A stretch of DNA of 64,000 nt. Source: Mustelus asterias. Its lineage: Eukaryota. The DNA is taken from contig NW_027590170.1 of NCBI RefSeq assembly GCF_964213995.1, forward strand, positions 372,001-436,000, written 5' to 3'. The notes beneath the pieces are model-generated. The model was not told the DNA's origin, made no database searches, and saw only the letters and a program-made list of their open reading frames with translations. Both the position numbers and the translations under genes were made by a program. The first letter of the stretch is position 1; each line of letters starts with the position of its first letter. Positions 63,389 through 64,000 of the stretch are shown here, in pieces.

Positions 63389-63734
63389 GTAAGTGACTCC
63401 AAATCCCTCCGTGTTACAGACTGTCCTGGTTAGTATTCACCGTCAGTTTATATTCGTTTTTAGTATCACTTCAATTCGCTGCTTCTAAAGCAGGGTGGTT
63501 TCCAGAGGAAGATTCTCAATTGCAGATTTAGACTTGGGAGCAGGGTAAGAAACTGAACTCGGGTTTGGCTGTGAGAACGGATTGAAGCAGTGTGAGACCC
63601 CAAATGACGAGTATCCTACGGGGAACGAGATTCAGCTGACCCCACCTGGACCATTATTGATTTAAGGGAGGTATCGCGTGATCCTCACAACAACCTGCAC
63701 TCTCACTCTCCATACTGGTTTCCATGAGCGCACA

Positions 63735-64000
63735 TTAGGGGAGGCGGTGGCCAAGTGGAATTATCGCTGGACTATTAATTCAAAAACACAGCTAAAGTCC
63801 TGGTGAGCCCCACCAGGGCAGATGGTGGAATTTCAATTCAATAAAAAGTGTCTGGAATCAAGAATCTACTGATGACCATGAAACCATTTTCGATTGTTCA
63901 AAAAACCCATCTGCTTCACAAATGTGTTTCAGGGAAGGAAATCTGTCGTGATTACTTGGCCTGGCCTACATGTGATTGCAGAGCCACAGCAATGTCGTTG
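63735..64000 (+). mobile_element. Old SINE (same family as about 14210-14545)
   Basis: Shared core TATCGC..GACTATTAAT..., GACCATGAAACCATT..CGATTGT, GGAAGGAAATCTG. Confidence 0.7.

Overview
This is eukaryotic DNA, almost certainly from a shark (cartilaginous fish), and looks like part of the T-cell receptor alpha/delta V region. It holds three apparently functional two-exon TCR V segments with 22/23-bp-spacer RSSs (about 4.4-4.9 kb -, 41.5-42.0 kb -, 53.0-53.6 kb +) and at least six V pseudogenes or relics in mixed orientation. At the right end is a NAR-TCR-type cassette: a leader plus a VNAR-like V exon (no CDR2, extra FR1 Cys) followed about 330 bp later by a NAR-type J. The V has a long D-like germline tail and a 12-RSS, the J has a 23-RSS, and no free D lies between them, which suggests a germline-joined VD-J cassette. 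A 45-bp minisatellite at about 40.8-41.1 kb is an amplified V leader exon plus its splice donor. Between about 15 and 48 kb the V array is interrupted by a decaying tRNA cluster: two intact genes (Glu-TTC, Leu-AAG) and about 20 pseudogenes or fragments, built by direct and inverted local duplications. The rest is CR1-clade LINEs, tRNA-derived SINEs, Penelope-like or foldback repeats and simple repeats. Most short ORFs in the track are spurious. All coordinates were read by eye, and repeat boundaries are approximate.
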